Positions 36,624 to 48,408 are shown, numbered from the stretch's first letter. The stretch is DNA of 64,000 nucleotides from a bacterium (GCA_043820875.1 JBDRDI010000021.1:91-64090); one strand, 5' to 3'. Program-made: numbers and translations. Notes: generated by a model not told the origin, from the letters alone.

Positions 36624-37031
36624 TTATTCGTCTACTTGTCGAACTTCATGATAAGTACCCCTGCCTTTGGCATCCCGCATCATCCCTTCTTTTTCTCGTT
36701 TTGAAAAAATACTCTTGCTTGCGTTCTTTTCTTTTTCCGGCAACACTGGCAAGTCGCCTCTCTCTCTTCTTTCTCTGTCTATTTCATATAATATCTCGCA
36801 CACTTCTCTGTGCAAAATCGTAATTTCCTCAAGTTCTTTTTTGGGATGAATATCAAGCACGATTTTTGTGAATTTCGGTGTTCCGATTCCAAAATCTTTT
36901 TTAATTTTTTCATCTTGAGCCAAATCTTCTATTCTTTTTTTTAAAGCTTCTCGACCACCCTTAAAAAACTTTTCCCACGCAGACGGTGGAGTCTCTTGAT
37001 TCTCTGAAAAATTTATTTGTTCTGACACCAT
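36624..37031 (-). CDS. hypothetical protein
   Basis: 135-aa charged protein between htrA and dnaJ. No motif recognised. Confidence 0.4.
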   Translation of the reverse strand: MVSEQINFSENQETPPSAWEKFFKGGREALKKRIEDLAQDEKIKKDFGIGTPKFTKIVLDIHPKKELEEITILHREVCEILYEIDRERRERGDLPVLPEKEKNASKSIFSKREKEGMMRDAKGRGTYHEVRQVDE

Positions 37032-37041
37032 ATTGTTATGA

Positions 37042-38130
37042 TTATTGATTCAGCTCTTTTAATAGTTCTTTTTGCTTTCTCGTTAAGCTCCGCGGAGTTT
37101 TGATAATAACCTCAACCATCTGGTCGCCACGACCGATACCGCGAAGCTTGGCTATACCGTAACCCCGCAATTTAAAAATTGTTCCTGATTGAGTACCTGA
37201 CGGAATTTTAAGATTACTGGGACCATTAATCGTGTCTATACTTATTTTATCACCTAATGCGGCTTGTGTAAAACTTATTTCCGCTTTTGATTTTATGTCG
37301 TATCCATCGCGCACAAAACGATTGTCTTGGTTGATTTTTATTTTTAAATATAAGTCTCCGCTCGATCCATGTTTTTCACCTGCCTCACCCTGTCCGCTCA
37401 AGCGGATCGCTTCACCTTCATCAATGCCGGCTGGAATTTTTATTCTCAACGATACTTGATCATTAACAGTTCCGGAGCCGGAACACTGGGCGCATTTTTG
37501 ACTATATGTTTTTCCTTCACCATCGCAATTTGAACAGATGGATTGAATACGCATATTTCCCAATATTGTCCTTTGAGTTTTCATTTCTTTCCCTGTACCG
37601 CGACAAACTTGGCAAGTCTCAATTTTTGCTCCAGGCTCAGCGCCATTTCCGCCACAACGGTTACATGATATTTTTTTTCGCAATTTGATTTCTTTTTCCG
37701 CGCCAAAAACGGCGTCATGAAAATCAATTGAAAGAGACATCTGAATATCTCTTCCTCTATGCTGTCCTGTTTTCCCGCCGGAGCCCTGCGAACCAAATCC
37801 AAACATATCTCCGATTCCGCCGAAAAGATCACCCAAGTCGTCCATGTCTATATTAATGTTTTGTCCGCCAAACCCGGAGAATCCTTGAAAGCCGGAGAAA
37901 CCGTTGCTTGCGCCATTACCAAAAGCCGCGGATCCAAACTGGTCATATCTGGCACGCTTATCTTTGTCACCTAAAACTTGGTAGGCTTCATTAATCTCTT
38001 TAAATTTGGCTTCATTGCCGGTGGCTTTATCCGGATGAAATTCATGGGCCTTTTTATGAAAAGCTTTTTTGACTTCATCATGGGAAGAACCACGAGACAC
38101 GCCTAAAACGTCATAATAATCTTTGGACAT
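37042..38130 (-). CDS. dnaJ: chaperone DnaJ
   Basis: J domain DYYDVLGV...HPDK. G/F-rich region. Four CxxCxGxG zinc-finger repeats. Confidence 0.9.
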   Translation of the reverse strand: MSKDYYDVLGVSRGSSHDEVKKAFHKKAHEFHPDKATGNEAKFKEINEAYQVLGDKDKRARYDQFGSAAFGNGASNGFSGFQGFSGFGGQNINIDMDDLGDLFGGIGDMFGFGSQGSGGKTGQHRGRDIQMSLSIDFHDAVFGAEKEIKLRKKISCNRCGGNGAEPGAKIETCQVCRGTGKEMKTQRTILGNMRIQSICSNCDGEGKTYSQKCAQCSGSGTVNDQVSLRIKIPAGIDEGEAIRLSGQGEAGEKHGSSGDLYLKIKINQDNRFVRDGYDIKSKAEISFTQAALGDKISIDTINGPSNLKIPSGTQSGTIFKLRGYGIAKLRGIGRGDQMVEVIIKTPRSLTRKQKELLKELNQ

Positions 38131-38158
38131 ATTGTAAAATGCAAATTTGCATCATTCT

Positions 38159-38452
38159 TTAAGCTTTAAATCCGATTTCTCCGTCTGTTTGAGACAATTC
38201 TTTTATCTCTCCGAAATTTTCTTCGTATTTTTTCAAATTTTCTTGCAAAGCCGCGACCATTCTTTTAAAATGTCCCGGGCTGGAAATTATTTTTCCGGAT
38301 ACTCTTCCGGCTCCGCCCAAGATATTAAAAAAAATCATCTGAAATTCATCTTTGTTATGATTCACTTGCATGGCATTCGCATATTCCGCTCCCGGAATAT
38401 TATCTGCGATTTTTATTTCCATTTTTGGAGGTTGATTTGGTTGTTGAGACAT
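38159..38452 (-). CDS. hypothetical protein encoded between dnaK and dnaJ
   Basis: 97-aa ORF, no motif recognised. Confidence 0.4.
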   Translation of the reverse strand: MSQQPNQPPKMEIKIADNIPGAEYANAMQVNHNKDEFQMIFFNILGGAGRVSGKIISSPGHFKRMVAALQENLKKYEENFGEIKELSQTDGEIGFKA

Positions 38453-38475
38453 ATTGTTGTTTTAAATATTTATAT

Positions 38476-40383
38476 TTATTTTTTATCTTCCACTTCTCCT
38501 TCCACCACATTTTCTTTTTCATCTTTACCTTCCTCTTTATTTTCCTCTTTAGCCTTTTCTGTCGGATTCTGATTTGAGTCGGCAGATGCTTGATACATGG
38601 CTGCGCCGATTTTTTGAGCAACTGCGTTCATTTCTTCCAAACTCTTTTTTATTTCTTCAATTTTATCGCTGTCTTTTATTTTTTTCAGCGCTTCTTTTTT
38701 CTCTTCCAAGTCTTTTTTATCTTCCTCTTTCATTTTGTCGCCGGATTCTTTGATTAATTTTTCAGTTTGAAAGATAACTGCGTCCGCTTGATTTTTTATT
38801 TCAATCAATTCTTTTTTATTTTTATCTTCTTCCGCGTGCACTTCCGCGTCTTTTCTCATTTTTTCCACTTCTTCCTTGGAAAGCGATGAAGAAGCGGCAA
38901 TGGTAATCTTCTGTTCTTTGCCGCTCGCCTTGTCAGCGGCTTTAACATTTAAAATTCCATTGGCATCAATATCAAAAGAAACTTCAATTTGCGGGATTCC
39001 TCTGGGAGCCGGCGGCAAGCCGTCCAAAATAAATTTGCCCAAAGTTTTGTTATCCGCGGCCATTGGTCTCTCTCCTTGCACAACGTTAATTTCAACACTC
39101 GCTTGACCGTCTGCGGCCGTGGAAAAAATTTGTGATTTTGATGTTGGGACAGTTGTATTTCTTTCAATCAAAGGAGTCGCTACACTGCCCAATGTTTCAA
39201 TACCCAGTGTCAAAGGAGTAACGTCAAGAAGCAATACGTCTTTCACGTCTCCTTGTAGAACTCCGGCTTGAACCGCGGCGCCGTCCGCGACAACTTCGTC
39301 CGGATTAACGCCCAGGTGCGGCTCTTTGCCAAAAAATTCTTTTACTTTTTTCTGCACCAACGGCATACGGGTCATTCCTCCCACCATAATAACTTCTTCA
39401 ATCTCTTTGGCATCCATACCAGCATCTTTCAAGGCGTCACGACATGGTTCCATGGTTTTTTCAACCAAGTCATAAATCAACTCTTCCAATTTTGCCCTGG
39501 ATAATTTCAAAACCAAATGTTTCGGACCGTTTTCATCGGTGGCGATAAAGGGCTGATTGATTTCCGTTTCATTGGTTGTGGATAATTCAATTTTTGCTTT
39601 TTCCGCCGCTTCTTTGATTCTTTGTTTGGCCAATGGATCTTTGGACAAATCAATGCCTTGGTCTTTCTTAAATTCATCAACAATCCATTGAATAATTTTT
39701 TGATCAAAATCTTCACCCCCTAAATGAGTATCACCGTTGGTTGATTTTACTTCCACCGTATCAGAGCTGATATCCAAAATGGAAATATCAAAAGTTCCGC
39801 CGCCCAAGTCATAAACCGCGATTTGCTGTCCTTTTTTCTTTTCAAATCCATACGCCAAAGCCGCGGCTGTCGGCTCATTAATTATTCTCTTGACGTCCAA
39901 TCCGGCGATTCTTCCTGCGTCTTTTGTGGCCTGCCTTTGCGAGTCATCAAAATAAGCCGGCACAGTAATTACTGCTTCGGTAATTTTTTCACCCAGCTTG
40001 GCCTCGGCATCTGTTTTAAGCTTTGTAAGAATCATAGCCGATATTTCTTCAGGGGAATATTCTTTGTCGCCCATTTTTACTTTGACTGCCTCGCCTGCTT
40101 TAACAATTTTATACGGTACCACATCAATGTCTTTACCGACTTCTGGATCATTAAACTTACGACCGATTAAACGTTTAACTGCAAAAACCGTGTTTTCCGG
40201 ATTGATTACTGCTTGGCGCTTGGCTGTTTGACCAACCAAACGTTCACCGTTTTTGGAGATAGCGACCACAGAAGGCGTTGTACGATTTCCTTCAGCGTTT
40301 TCCAAAATTCTCGTTTTACCGCCCTCAATAATTGCCATGGCGCTATTGGTTGTGCCCAAGTCTATTCCTAATATTTTGCTCAT
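38476..40383 (-). CDS. dnaK: chaperone DnaK (Hsp70)
   Basis: [18 protein letters not shown], and a C-terminal EEVD-like acidic tail. 635 aa. Confidence 0.95.
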   Translation of the reverse strand: MSKILGIDLGTTNSAMAIIEGGKTRILENAEGNRTTPSVVAISKNGERLVGQTAKRQAVINPENTVFAVKRLIGRKFNDPEVGKDIDVVPYKIVKAGEAVKVKMGDKEYSPEEISAMILTKLKTDAEAKLGEKITEAVITVPAYFDDSQRQATKDAGRIAGLDVKRIINEPTAAALAYGFEKKKGQQIAVYDLGGGTFDISILDISSDTVEVKSTNGDTHLGGEDFDQKIIQWIVDEFKKDQGIDLSKDPLAKQRIKEAAEKAKIELSTTNETEINQPFIATDENGPKHLVLKLSRAKLEELIYDLVEKTMEPCRDALKDAGMDAKEIEEVIMVGGMTRMPLVQKKVKEFFGKEPHLGVNPDEVVADGAAVQAGVLQGDVKDVLLLDVTPLTLGIETLGSVATPLIERNTTVPTSKSQIFSTAADGQASVEINVVQGERPMAADNKTLGKFILDGLPPAPRGIPQIEVSFDIDANGILNVKAADKASGKEQKITIAASSSLSKEEVEKMRKDAEVHAEEDKNKKELIEIKNQADAVIFQTEKLIKESGDKMKEEDKKDLEEKKEALKKIKDSDKIEEIKKSLEEMNAVAQKIGAAMYQASADSNQNPTEKAKEENKEEGKDEKENVVEGEVEDKK

Positions 40384-40472
40384 AAAAATAAATGTAATAG
40401 ATATTAACGCGACGTGTTTTTAATTTTAGCCGCTTTAATATTTATCTTAGTAAATTTATAATTTAATATTTT

Positions 40473-40901
40473 TTATTTTTTAGTTTCAATTTTAATTGTT
40501 TTTTCTTCATCTGTAGGCGCCTTAGGTACGGAAATTTTTAAAACTCCATCCTCGGCTACCGCAGTTGCTTTGTCATTTATGACATGCGCGGGCAATTGCA
40601 CACTCCTGAAAAAACTACCACGTCTGATTTCTTTCCGATAATAGTTTTTATCGTCCACTTCACTTTTTTTCTCACCCTCTCCCCTTATGCATAAAACATC
40701 ATTCTTGATTGAAATATCAACTTTGTCCGGATCAATTCCGGCCAGCTGAGTTTCCACAATCACGTTTTCTTTATCTTCATACATGTCAATCGCCGGAACA
40801 AATCCGGCTTTCCCGCCATATGGCGCTGGCGCGAGTTCTGAAAATATTTTCTCCATATCTTCGAAATCGCTAAAAAAAGGTGACCATTTGATTAAAGACA
40901 T
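40473..40901 (-). CDS. Hsp20/alpha-crystallin small heat shock protein
   Basis: PAIDMYEDKENVIVETQLAGIDPDKVDISI...GVLKISVPK, an alpha-crystallin domain. Confidence 0.8.
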   Translation of the reverse strand: MSLIKWSPFFSDFEDMEKIFSELAPAPYGGKAGFVPAIDMYEDKENVIVETQLAGIDPDKVDISIKNDVLCIRGEGEKKSEVDDKNYYRKEIRRGSFFRSVQLPAHVINDKATAVAEDGVLKISVPKAPTDEEKTIKIETKK

Positions 40902-40939
40902 ATGCTTTGTTTTTTAAATAGTTAAAAAAATATTTATCA

Positions 40940-41437
40940 TTATTCTAAAACGACTTTTGCCGGAACAATCACTCTTCCGTTTAACTTATGGCCGGATTTT
41001 ATTTCGTTTTTCACTTTATCGCCTTCTCCATCTATTGCCTCCATGAATTCGGGATCAAATTTTTCTTTTTCTGTTTTTATTTTTTCTACTCCAAAGTTTT
41101 TTAAAACATCTTCAAATTGTTTGATAACATATCCAACTCCTTCAGCCCATGCGCTTTTTTTCGCCTCTTCGTCAAGATGCTCCATGGAAATTTTTAAATT
41201 ATCATAAACCGGCAGAATAGCAAGTATTAATTCTTCGTTGGCATATTTTACAAATTCTGTTTTTTCTTCCGCGCTTCTTTTTAATAAATTTTGATAATCC
41301 GCCAACGCCCGCAAATATTTTTCACTCGCCTCTTTCACCTCTGCTTTAAAAATTTCTTCCGTTTTTATTTTTTCTATTTTATTTTCCTTGCCACGCGATA
41401 GCGAAGCCATTTTGCGCGGTTTTTTTCCGTCATCCAT
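40940..41437 (-). CDS. grpE: nucleotide exchange factor GrpE
   Basis: Coiled-coil N-terminus, then a GrpE C-terminal pattern (GHKLNGRVIVPAKV). Confidence 0.8.
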   Translation of the reverse strand: MDDGKKPRKMASLSRGKENKIEKIKTEEIFKAEVKEASEKYLRALADYQNLLKRSAEEKTEFVKYANEELILAILPVYDNLKISMEHLDEEAKKSAWAEGVGYVIKQFEDVLKNFGVEKIKTEKEKFDPEFMEAIDGEGDKVKNEIKSGHKLNGRVIVPAKVVLE

Positions 41438-41442
41438 AAATA

Positions 41443-42132
41443 TTAATCATTAAATTTATTATTTATAATATTCGCTAAAGACAAATTCTTTTCATAGTCC
41501 ATTCTCATGGGTCCCAATATTCCAAATAAGCCTATATTATCTTCCAATTTATATTTTACCAAAATGGCGCTACAAAAATTTCCAAAAGGATTTTCCGAGC
41601 CAATAAAAACATTTTTTCCTTTCTGCACTCCGTCAAAAATTTCACCAATGATTTCGTCAATGCGGTCTATAACGAGAGAAATGTCGTAAATAGTTTCCAA
41701 TTCTTGAAACTCCGGCTGTTGGAACAAATTGGAAATACCGGTATAATATATATCTTGTTTATGAAACGCCCAAAAAACAGCATTACCGGAAAGTTGAGAT
41801 ATTTGTTTGGCAGCGATTTTTAAATTTTCCCTTTCTTTGCTTCGCAAAATCAATTCTATCTCTTTTGTTTTTTTATCAGACAAATTTTTTCCGCTTAAAT
41901 TTTCCAAATAAATTCTATACGCTTTCTCGGCCGGTATGCGACCGGCAGAAGTATGCGGCTGAATAATATATCCGGCTTCTTCCAATTCAACCATTTCTTT
42001 GCGAACCGTGGCCGGCGAAATGTTCAAATTATATTTATCAACCAAAACGCCTGAACCAACCGGCGAACCGGTTAAAATATGCTCTTTGATAATGGTATTT
42101 AATATTAATAGTTTTCGTTCGCTGATTTTCAT
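41443..42132 (-). CDS. hrcA: heat-inducible transcription repressor HrcA (short form)
   Basis: MKISERKLLILNTIIKEHILTGSPVGSGVL, the HrcA N-terminal winged helix. A CIRCE element sits immediately upstream. Confidence 0.75.
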   Translation of the reverse strand: MKISERKLLILNTIIKEHILTGSPVGSGVLVDKYNLNISPATVRKEMVELEEAGYIIQPHTSAGRIPAEKAYRIYLENLSGKNLSDKKTKEIELILRSKERENLKIAAKQISQLSGNAVFWAFHKQDIYYTGISNLFQQPEFQELETIYDISLVIDRIDEIIGEIFDGVQKGKNVFIGSENPFGNFCSAILVKYKLEDNIGLFGILGPMRMDYEKNLSLANIINNKFND

Positions 42133-42150
42133 AATTTTATATTACCACCA

Positions 42151-42177
42151 TTAGCACTCTCTCGTCAAGAGTGCTGA
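42151..42177 (-). promoter_or_regulatory. CIRCE operator (HrcA binding site)
   Basis: TTAGCACTC-tctcgtcaa-GAGTGCTgA matches the CIRCE consensus TTAGCACTC-N9-GAGTGCTAA with one mismatch. 19 nt upstream of the hrcA start. Confidence 0.85.
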
Positions 42178-42194
42178 ATAATAATATTTTTATT

Positions 42195-42230
42195 AAAAAA
42201 TCCCGCCAGAGGTCTTGCGACTTGGCGGGA
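42195..42230 (-). terminator. intrinsic terminator after the 68-aa gene
   Basis: tcccgccag-aggtcttgcgact-tggcggga, followed on the minus strand by TTTTTT. Confidence 0.6.
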
Positions 42231-42254
42231 GAAAATAATGAAACTGCGGAGTTG

Positions 42255-42461
42255 TCAGCGCAAACAGCTCCTTACCGCTTTAATGCTATCGGCAAGGGCA
42301 CGTTCCTTTTCTTCCTTAACGACGACACTCCATTCTCGAAAAAAAATGTGGTCGCCGGAATATAGCTCATAAAAAACAGCAAAAACGATTTCCTTGGCCA
42401 GGTCATCAAGTTTCTTTCCCTGCTTATATTCCGAAAGTTCACTCAGCAATGACATCACCAT
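42255..42461 (-). CDS. hypothetical protein (68 aa)
   Basis: Overlaps the upstream 171-aa ORF by 7 nt (atggtga). No motif recognised. Confidence 0.4.
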   Translation of the reverse strand: MVMSLLSELSEYKQGKKLDDLAKEIVFAVFYELYSGDHIFFREWSVVVKEEKERALADSIKAVRSCLR

Positions 42462-42970
42462 CCTCCTTCCGCAGAGCAGAACACTCGACTGTCCTCATAC
42501 CATTCGTATGAATCTTTAACAGAACGAACGCTTATACGCCAACCGCCGTATTTTTGATCAACGATCACCGGACAAAGAATCCCTTTGTTGTTGAGAATAT
42601 AAAATATATTTGCGCTCCAGAGAGAAAGCGCGCCTTCTTCCAAGTTGGGCTGTTTTTTCAAAACGCCCCACAATTCAGGAAGGGTGGTTCTTACTTTTTT
42701 CTCTCCGCCGAGTTTAGCAATAATCAAACCGTCTTTAGATGGCTCCCACAATTCTCCGTATGAAAGCATCATTCTTGATCGATTGTCATTATCGGGAAAC
42801 TGCGACAAAAAACCATCTTCCAAACAAGAAATCTTTACTTCTGCCCCGTCCTCTACAAAATATACATCATCTGCGAACGACGACATATTTGGAGAAATTT
42901 CCACTTCGGCAAGAAATAAAAATAACGGATCAATTTCTCTAGCTCTGGACTCCGAAACGGCTCTTGGCAT
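42455..42970 (-). CDS. hypothetical protein (171 aa)
   Basis: ORF downstream of mrdA on the same strand. No motif recognised. Slightly higher GC. Confidence 0.45.
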   Translation of the reverse strand: MPRAVSESRAREIDPLFLFLAEVEISPNMSSFADDVYFVEDGAEVKISCLEDGFLSQFPDNDNRSRMMLSYGELWEPSKDGLIIAKLGGEKKVRTTLPELWGVLKKQPNLEEGALSLWSANIFYILNNKGILCPVIVDQKYGGWRISVRSVKDSYEWYEDSRVFCSAEGGW

Positions 42971-43082
42971 ATTGCTCCTCTTTTCTTGGTTTTGCTATAC
43001 TATTTAGTCATTTTCATTATAACTTTAAAAGAACTGCTTGTACTGATTAATTATCATATATATAAAATAATTTTCTGTCAAA

Positions 43083-43186
43083 TGTTAATTCTCAACCGCT
43101 TTCTTGTATTCCCCAAAATACCAAGTCAAAAATTCTCTGGCCACTGGCACGGCGTTAATGTTCCCCTCCCCCTTCTCCGATTAAAA
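43083..43186 (-). pseudogene. duplicated remnant of the mrdA 3' end (left direct repeat of the cassette)
   Basis: 43083..43156 is about 96% identical (3 mismatches in 74 nt) to 45827..45900. The minus-strand translation gives ...NAVPVAREFLTWYFGEYKKAVEN*, against the real PBP2 C-terminus ...NAVPVAREFLTWYFGEYKKAVDD*. It has no start codon. Confidence 0.8.
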
Positions 43187-43220
43187 CTTTTTATTTCAAC
43201 TCTATAAATACCGGCCATTC

Positions 43221-43249
43221 TTGACAAAACAGATATGGAAGTGTAAGAT
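43221..43249 (+). promoter_or_regulatory. sigma70-like promoter for the radical SAM gene
   Basis: TTGACA, a 17-nt spacer, then TAAGAT, about 60 nt upstream of the ATG. Confidence 0.5.
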
Positions 43250-43308
43250 TTTAAAAAATAAAATAAAAATCGTTCATTAACAATAAAACATAAAAGGAAA
43301 TATTGAAA

Positions 43309-44703
43309 ATGAATAAACAATATTCGATTAATCTAAGAGTCGGCTGGAGATATATTGATTCCGAAATAGTTACATTTAATTGTGCAAATCAAGAAATTGC
43401 CATTTGGAATGAGACAGCTTCTTTTTTGTGGAAAAAAATATACGAAGGCGCGACCAATCTTGATGATTTAGTAAGGCTTTTTGCCGATGAATATTCTATT
43501 GACAAAAAAATGGCAAAACGAGATATCACCGTTTTTCTTCAAGAAGCTGTTTCTCTTGATTTTATTAATTATCCAGATAACAAGCTGGAATTAAAATCAA
43601 AAGACCAAAACGACGATGGCGGAGAAAATGTTTTATTAGCCATCGAAATGAAAGCTATTGAAAAATTTATTCCTTTCGCCATAACTTTTGAAACGACTTA
43701 TTCTTGCAACGAAAAATGTGTTCATTGCTATATGGATCGTAATAAACATTCTCTTTCGTTCAACGAAGTTAAGAGAATTCTTGACGAAATCGCGGCCGAA
43801 GGTTGCTTGTTTGTCTCTTTTACCGGCGGGGAATTTTTTACTCGCGACGACGCTATGGAAATTGTGGAGTACGCCGACAAATTACATTTTGTTGTTGATA
43901 TTCTTAGCAACGGCACTCTAGTTACCGAGGACAAGGCAAACATGCTCGCACTACGTTCCGTAAGACGCGTTCAAGTAAGTCTTTACGGAGCAACCCCTGA
44001 GACACACGACTCAATTACTCGTTTATCTGGTTCGTTTAAAAAGACCTTGCAAGGTATAAATTTTTTAACCAAGGCGGGAATAAAAGTAGAAATTGCTTTT
44101 CCGCTAATGCAAATAAACTTTCATGAACGCTATCTCTTGAAAGATCTTGCCAAATCTTTAGGTTGTTTAATGTCGCCGAGTCATGTTATCACCGCTCGTA
44201 ATAGCGGGGAACAAGATACTTTTTCTTTCCGATTGAACGATGAGCAGCTAAAATTGTTTTTAGAAGATAAAGATTTATCCTCTCTTTATGCGGGACGTAA
44301 ACCATTTCAAGATCATCAATTTTATTTTGGATTTTCTGATTTAACAAGCGCTGCCCCTTGTTATAGCGGGTTTAACAGTTGTGCAATTACGCCTTCGGGC
44401 GAAGTTTTACCTTGCAATCAGCTTCTTTATAAAGTCGGCGATTTGAGGGAAAAAAACTTTTCGGGAATTTGGAACAACTCCCCACAAATTAAACATCTTC
44501 GTAATTTAACTATCGGGAATCTTCCGATATGCTCCAGTTGCCCGACTTTGTCATTTTGCGCTCGTTGTCCGGGGCTAGCCCTATTGGAAGGAGGTGATCT
44601 CTTGGGGCCATCGCCGGAGAACTGTCGAATAACAACAACCTTTGTTTCAGGGAAAGGAGGTGAAATTCATGAAAAGGAAAAACTACATTCCGCCTCGCGC
44701 TAG
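43309..44703 (+). CDS. radical SAM/SPASM-domain peptide-modifying enzyme with N-terminal PqqD-like RiPP recognition element
   Basis: N-terminal IAIWNETASFLWKKIYEGATNLDDLVRLFADEYSIDKKMAKRDITVFLQEAVSLDFI, a PqqD/RRE pattern. CNEKCVHC is the CxxxCxxC rSAM cluster. The C-terminal Cys-rich SPASM (CYSGFNSC...LPCNQ...CSSCPTLSFCARCPG). Start at ATG 43309 with AAGGAAA SD (the track starts at TTG 43303). Confidence 0.75.
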   Translation: MNKQYSINLRVGWRYIDSEIVTFNCANQEIAIWNETASFLWKKIYEGATNLDDLVRLFADEYSIDKKMAKRDITVFLQEAVSLDFINYPDNKLELKSKDQNDDGGENVLLAIEMKAIEKFIPFAITFETTYSCNEKCVHCYMDRNKHSLSFNEVKRILDEIAAEGCLFVSFTGGEFFTRDDAMEIVEYADKLHFVVDILSNGTLVTEDKANMLALRSVRRVQVSLYGATPETHDSITRLSGSFKKTLQGINFLTKAGIKVEIAFPLMQINFHERYLLKDLAKSLGCLMSPSHVITARNSGEQDTFSFRLNDEQLKLFLEDKDLSSLYAGRKPFQDHQFYFGFSDLTSAAPCYSGFNSCAITPSGEVLPCNQLLYKVGDLREKNFSGIWNNSPQIKHLRNLTIGNLPICSSCPTLSFCARCPGLALLEGGDLLGPSPENCRITTTFVSGKGGEIHEKEKLHSASR

Positions 44704-44704
44704 G

Positions 44705-44788
44705 ATGAAAGGCAATACAAAGTTGCTGATCATAGCAGCCATCCACAAAGGATGCACTTCATCCTCGTCCAGGGTTAAGAAGGGTTAA
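44705..44788 (+). CDS. 27-aa peptide ORF translationally coupled to the rSAM stop (speculative)
   Basis: gcTAGgATG arrangement. MKGNTKLLIIAAIHKGCTSSSSRVKKG. No proper SD. Confidence 0.15.
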   Translation: MKGNTKLLIIAAIHKGCTSSSSRVKKG

Positions 44789-44800
44789 TACCGATTATCC

Positions 44801-44840
44801 GCCCTGTCCAAATCTAACAATTTGGGCAGGGCTTTTCTAT
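44801..44840. terminator. intrinsic terminator between the convergent rSAM and transglutaminase-like genes
   Basis: gccctgtccaaat-ctaacaa-tttgggcagggc (13-bp stem with one G.U), followed by TTTTCT. Confidence 0.75.
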
Positions 44841-45754
44841 ATCAACTCAATATTGTTTTCAAACTTAATATTTTTCAAAGAAGCAAACACGATCGGTTGC
44901 AAAGTCTGAACCGAATTATTAGTCAAGGGTAAACCAAGTTTATTCCAATAGTTAATTTGAAAATTTTTGGGTATAACTGGTTTTAAAAAAATATTAAATC
45001 CATTTATAAAAACTATCCTGTAATCTCTCCTTTGAGCAAAATATTTTTCTCGCTTTTTTCCATTTTCCAAAGACGCATATTGCGTGTCAAAATCCAGCCA
45101 GCCAAAAGAATTAAAATACGCGCTTGCCCAGCCGTGCTCGGCAATCTTTTTTTGTTTTGGAAAAATAACAAAACCGGTATTGTTCCTAGCAGGTATCTTT
45201 AAAATTCTGCACATCGCCACAAATAAACTTGAGTATTCTCCGCAATCGCCCTCGGGCTCAGTCAAATCTAAATGCTTCACACCTCTTTGCTTAACGGGAT
45301 AACAATATCTGAAATTTTTTACAATAAAATTAAAAACGGATTGAACATTGTCTAAAATAGGATTATCGTCGTTAATTATTTTTCTAGTTAACTTTTTCAG
45401 CGCAGGAGTCTGCTCTAAAAATTTTTCATTTTTAATATATTGTTGAAACGATTTGGCAAAATACATTGGTGATAAAAAATTTTCTTTTTTCAAATCAATT
45501 TTATTTTTCCAAATAGTCGCCTTAATATTCATTTCTATGTTAATATTTTTTTCGTTTTTGAATTCAAAATACAAAATTTTATTTCCTTTATCGTCTTTAT
45601 AATATTTCGATGGTGCTGGCAAAATTGAAAAAGATTCTACTTTTTGCGTTATAGAATTTAAAGGTTGGGCTACCCAAACTTTTACAATATTATTATCTGA
45701 ACTTTTTAAAACAGCTCTGTATCTGATATGAAATTTTTTAGGAGAGTAAGTCAT
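44837..45754 (-). CDS. transglutaminase-like cysteine peptidase family protein
   Basis: GDCGEYSSLFVAMCRILKIPAR (catalytic Cys), EHGWASAY (His), GWLDFD (Asp), the transglutaminase-core triad arrangement. 305 aa. Confidence 0.65.
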   Translation of the reverse strand: MTYSPKKFHIRYRAVLKSSDNNIVKVWVAQPLNSITQKVESFSILPAPSKYYKDDKGNKILYFEFKNEKNINIEMNIKATIWKNKIDLKKENFLSPMYFAKSFQQYIKNEKFLEQTPALKKLTRKIINDDNPILDNVQSVFNFIVKNFRYCYPVKQRGVKHLDLTEPEGDCGEYSSLFVAMCRILKIPARNNTGFVIFPKQKKIAEHGWASAYFNSFGWLDFDTQYASLENGKKREKYFAQRRDYRIVFINGFNIFLKPVIPKNFQINYWNKLGLPLTNNSVQTLQPIVFASLKNIKFENNIELI

Positions 45755-45828
45755 ATTTTACAAAAATTTATTTTAATAAATTAACTAACATAAATATACA
45801 ATAAAACAATCACACAATCAATAGAGTG

Positions 45829-47832
<2,004 letters not shown>

Positions 47833-47872
47833 GTTTTTTATTTTTAAAAATGTTTTGCGTCAAATTGTGAGT

Positions 47873-48397
47873 CTATCTGAAGAAAGCCGGCCTTAACTTT
47901 TTTACCGCTTTGCTTAACAAATAAAAAATTATAGCCACTCCTACTGAATTTATGGCCAAAAAAATAAATTCGGAAAAGAAAAAACTTTTATCCATAATAA
48001 ACGGGAAATCTTTTTTTTCAAGAAAAAATAACAAAAAAATCAACAAATAAACAAAAAATTTATAAATAAAGCCGGCAAAAAGACATAATGTTAAAAAAGA
48101 ATATAACGACCTGTTGGTGATAAAATTAACAAGCAAAAATTTTGTCAAAAGAATCATGGCAGAAAAAGAAACTATATATATGCCGAAGGGATAAAATGAA
48201 AAAAAATCAAAAAGCACGCCAACGCCAGCGGCCCACCATATTGCCAGCCAATCGTCTCTCAGGCCGAGCATAAAAATTAAAACAATAATAACTAGGCTGA
48301 AATTGCCGAATGGCCGAGGCAGGCTATTCAAAAATGAAAGCTGTAAGGCCGTCAAGGTTATTAAAAAAATTATGTTTAAAAATATTTTTCCGTACAT
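47873..48397 (-). CDS. mreD: rod shape-determining protein MreD
   Basis: 174-aa polytopic membrane protein immediately downstream of mreC. Confidence 0.65.
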   Translation of the reverse strand: MYGKIFLNIIFLITLTALQLSFLNSLPRPFGNFSLVIIVLIFMLGLRDDWLAIWWAAGVGVLFDFFSFYPFGIYIVSFSAMILLTKFLLVNFITNRSLYSFLTLCLFAGFIYKFFVYLLIFLLFFLEKKDFPFIMDKSFFFSEFIFLAINSVGVAIIFYLLSKAVKKLRPAFFR

Positions 48398-48408
48398 AAA
48401 ATTATAAA

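Noticed and set aside
42986-43320. ORFs 42986..43207 (+) and 43126..43320 (-)
   Set aside because: They overlap the mrdA pseudo-fragment and the promoter region of the rSAM gene. They are hydrophobic low-complexity translations of AT-rich DNA.
44510-44746. Minus-strand 78-aa ORF over the rSAM 3' end
   Set aside because: It is antisense to a well-supported SPASM-domain coding region.
44705-44788. 27-aa ORF as a definite RiPP precursor
   Set aside because: It has only one Cys and no SD. It is kept only as a low-confidence candidate.
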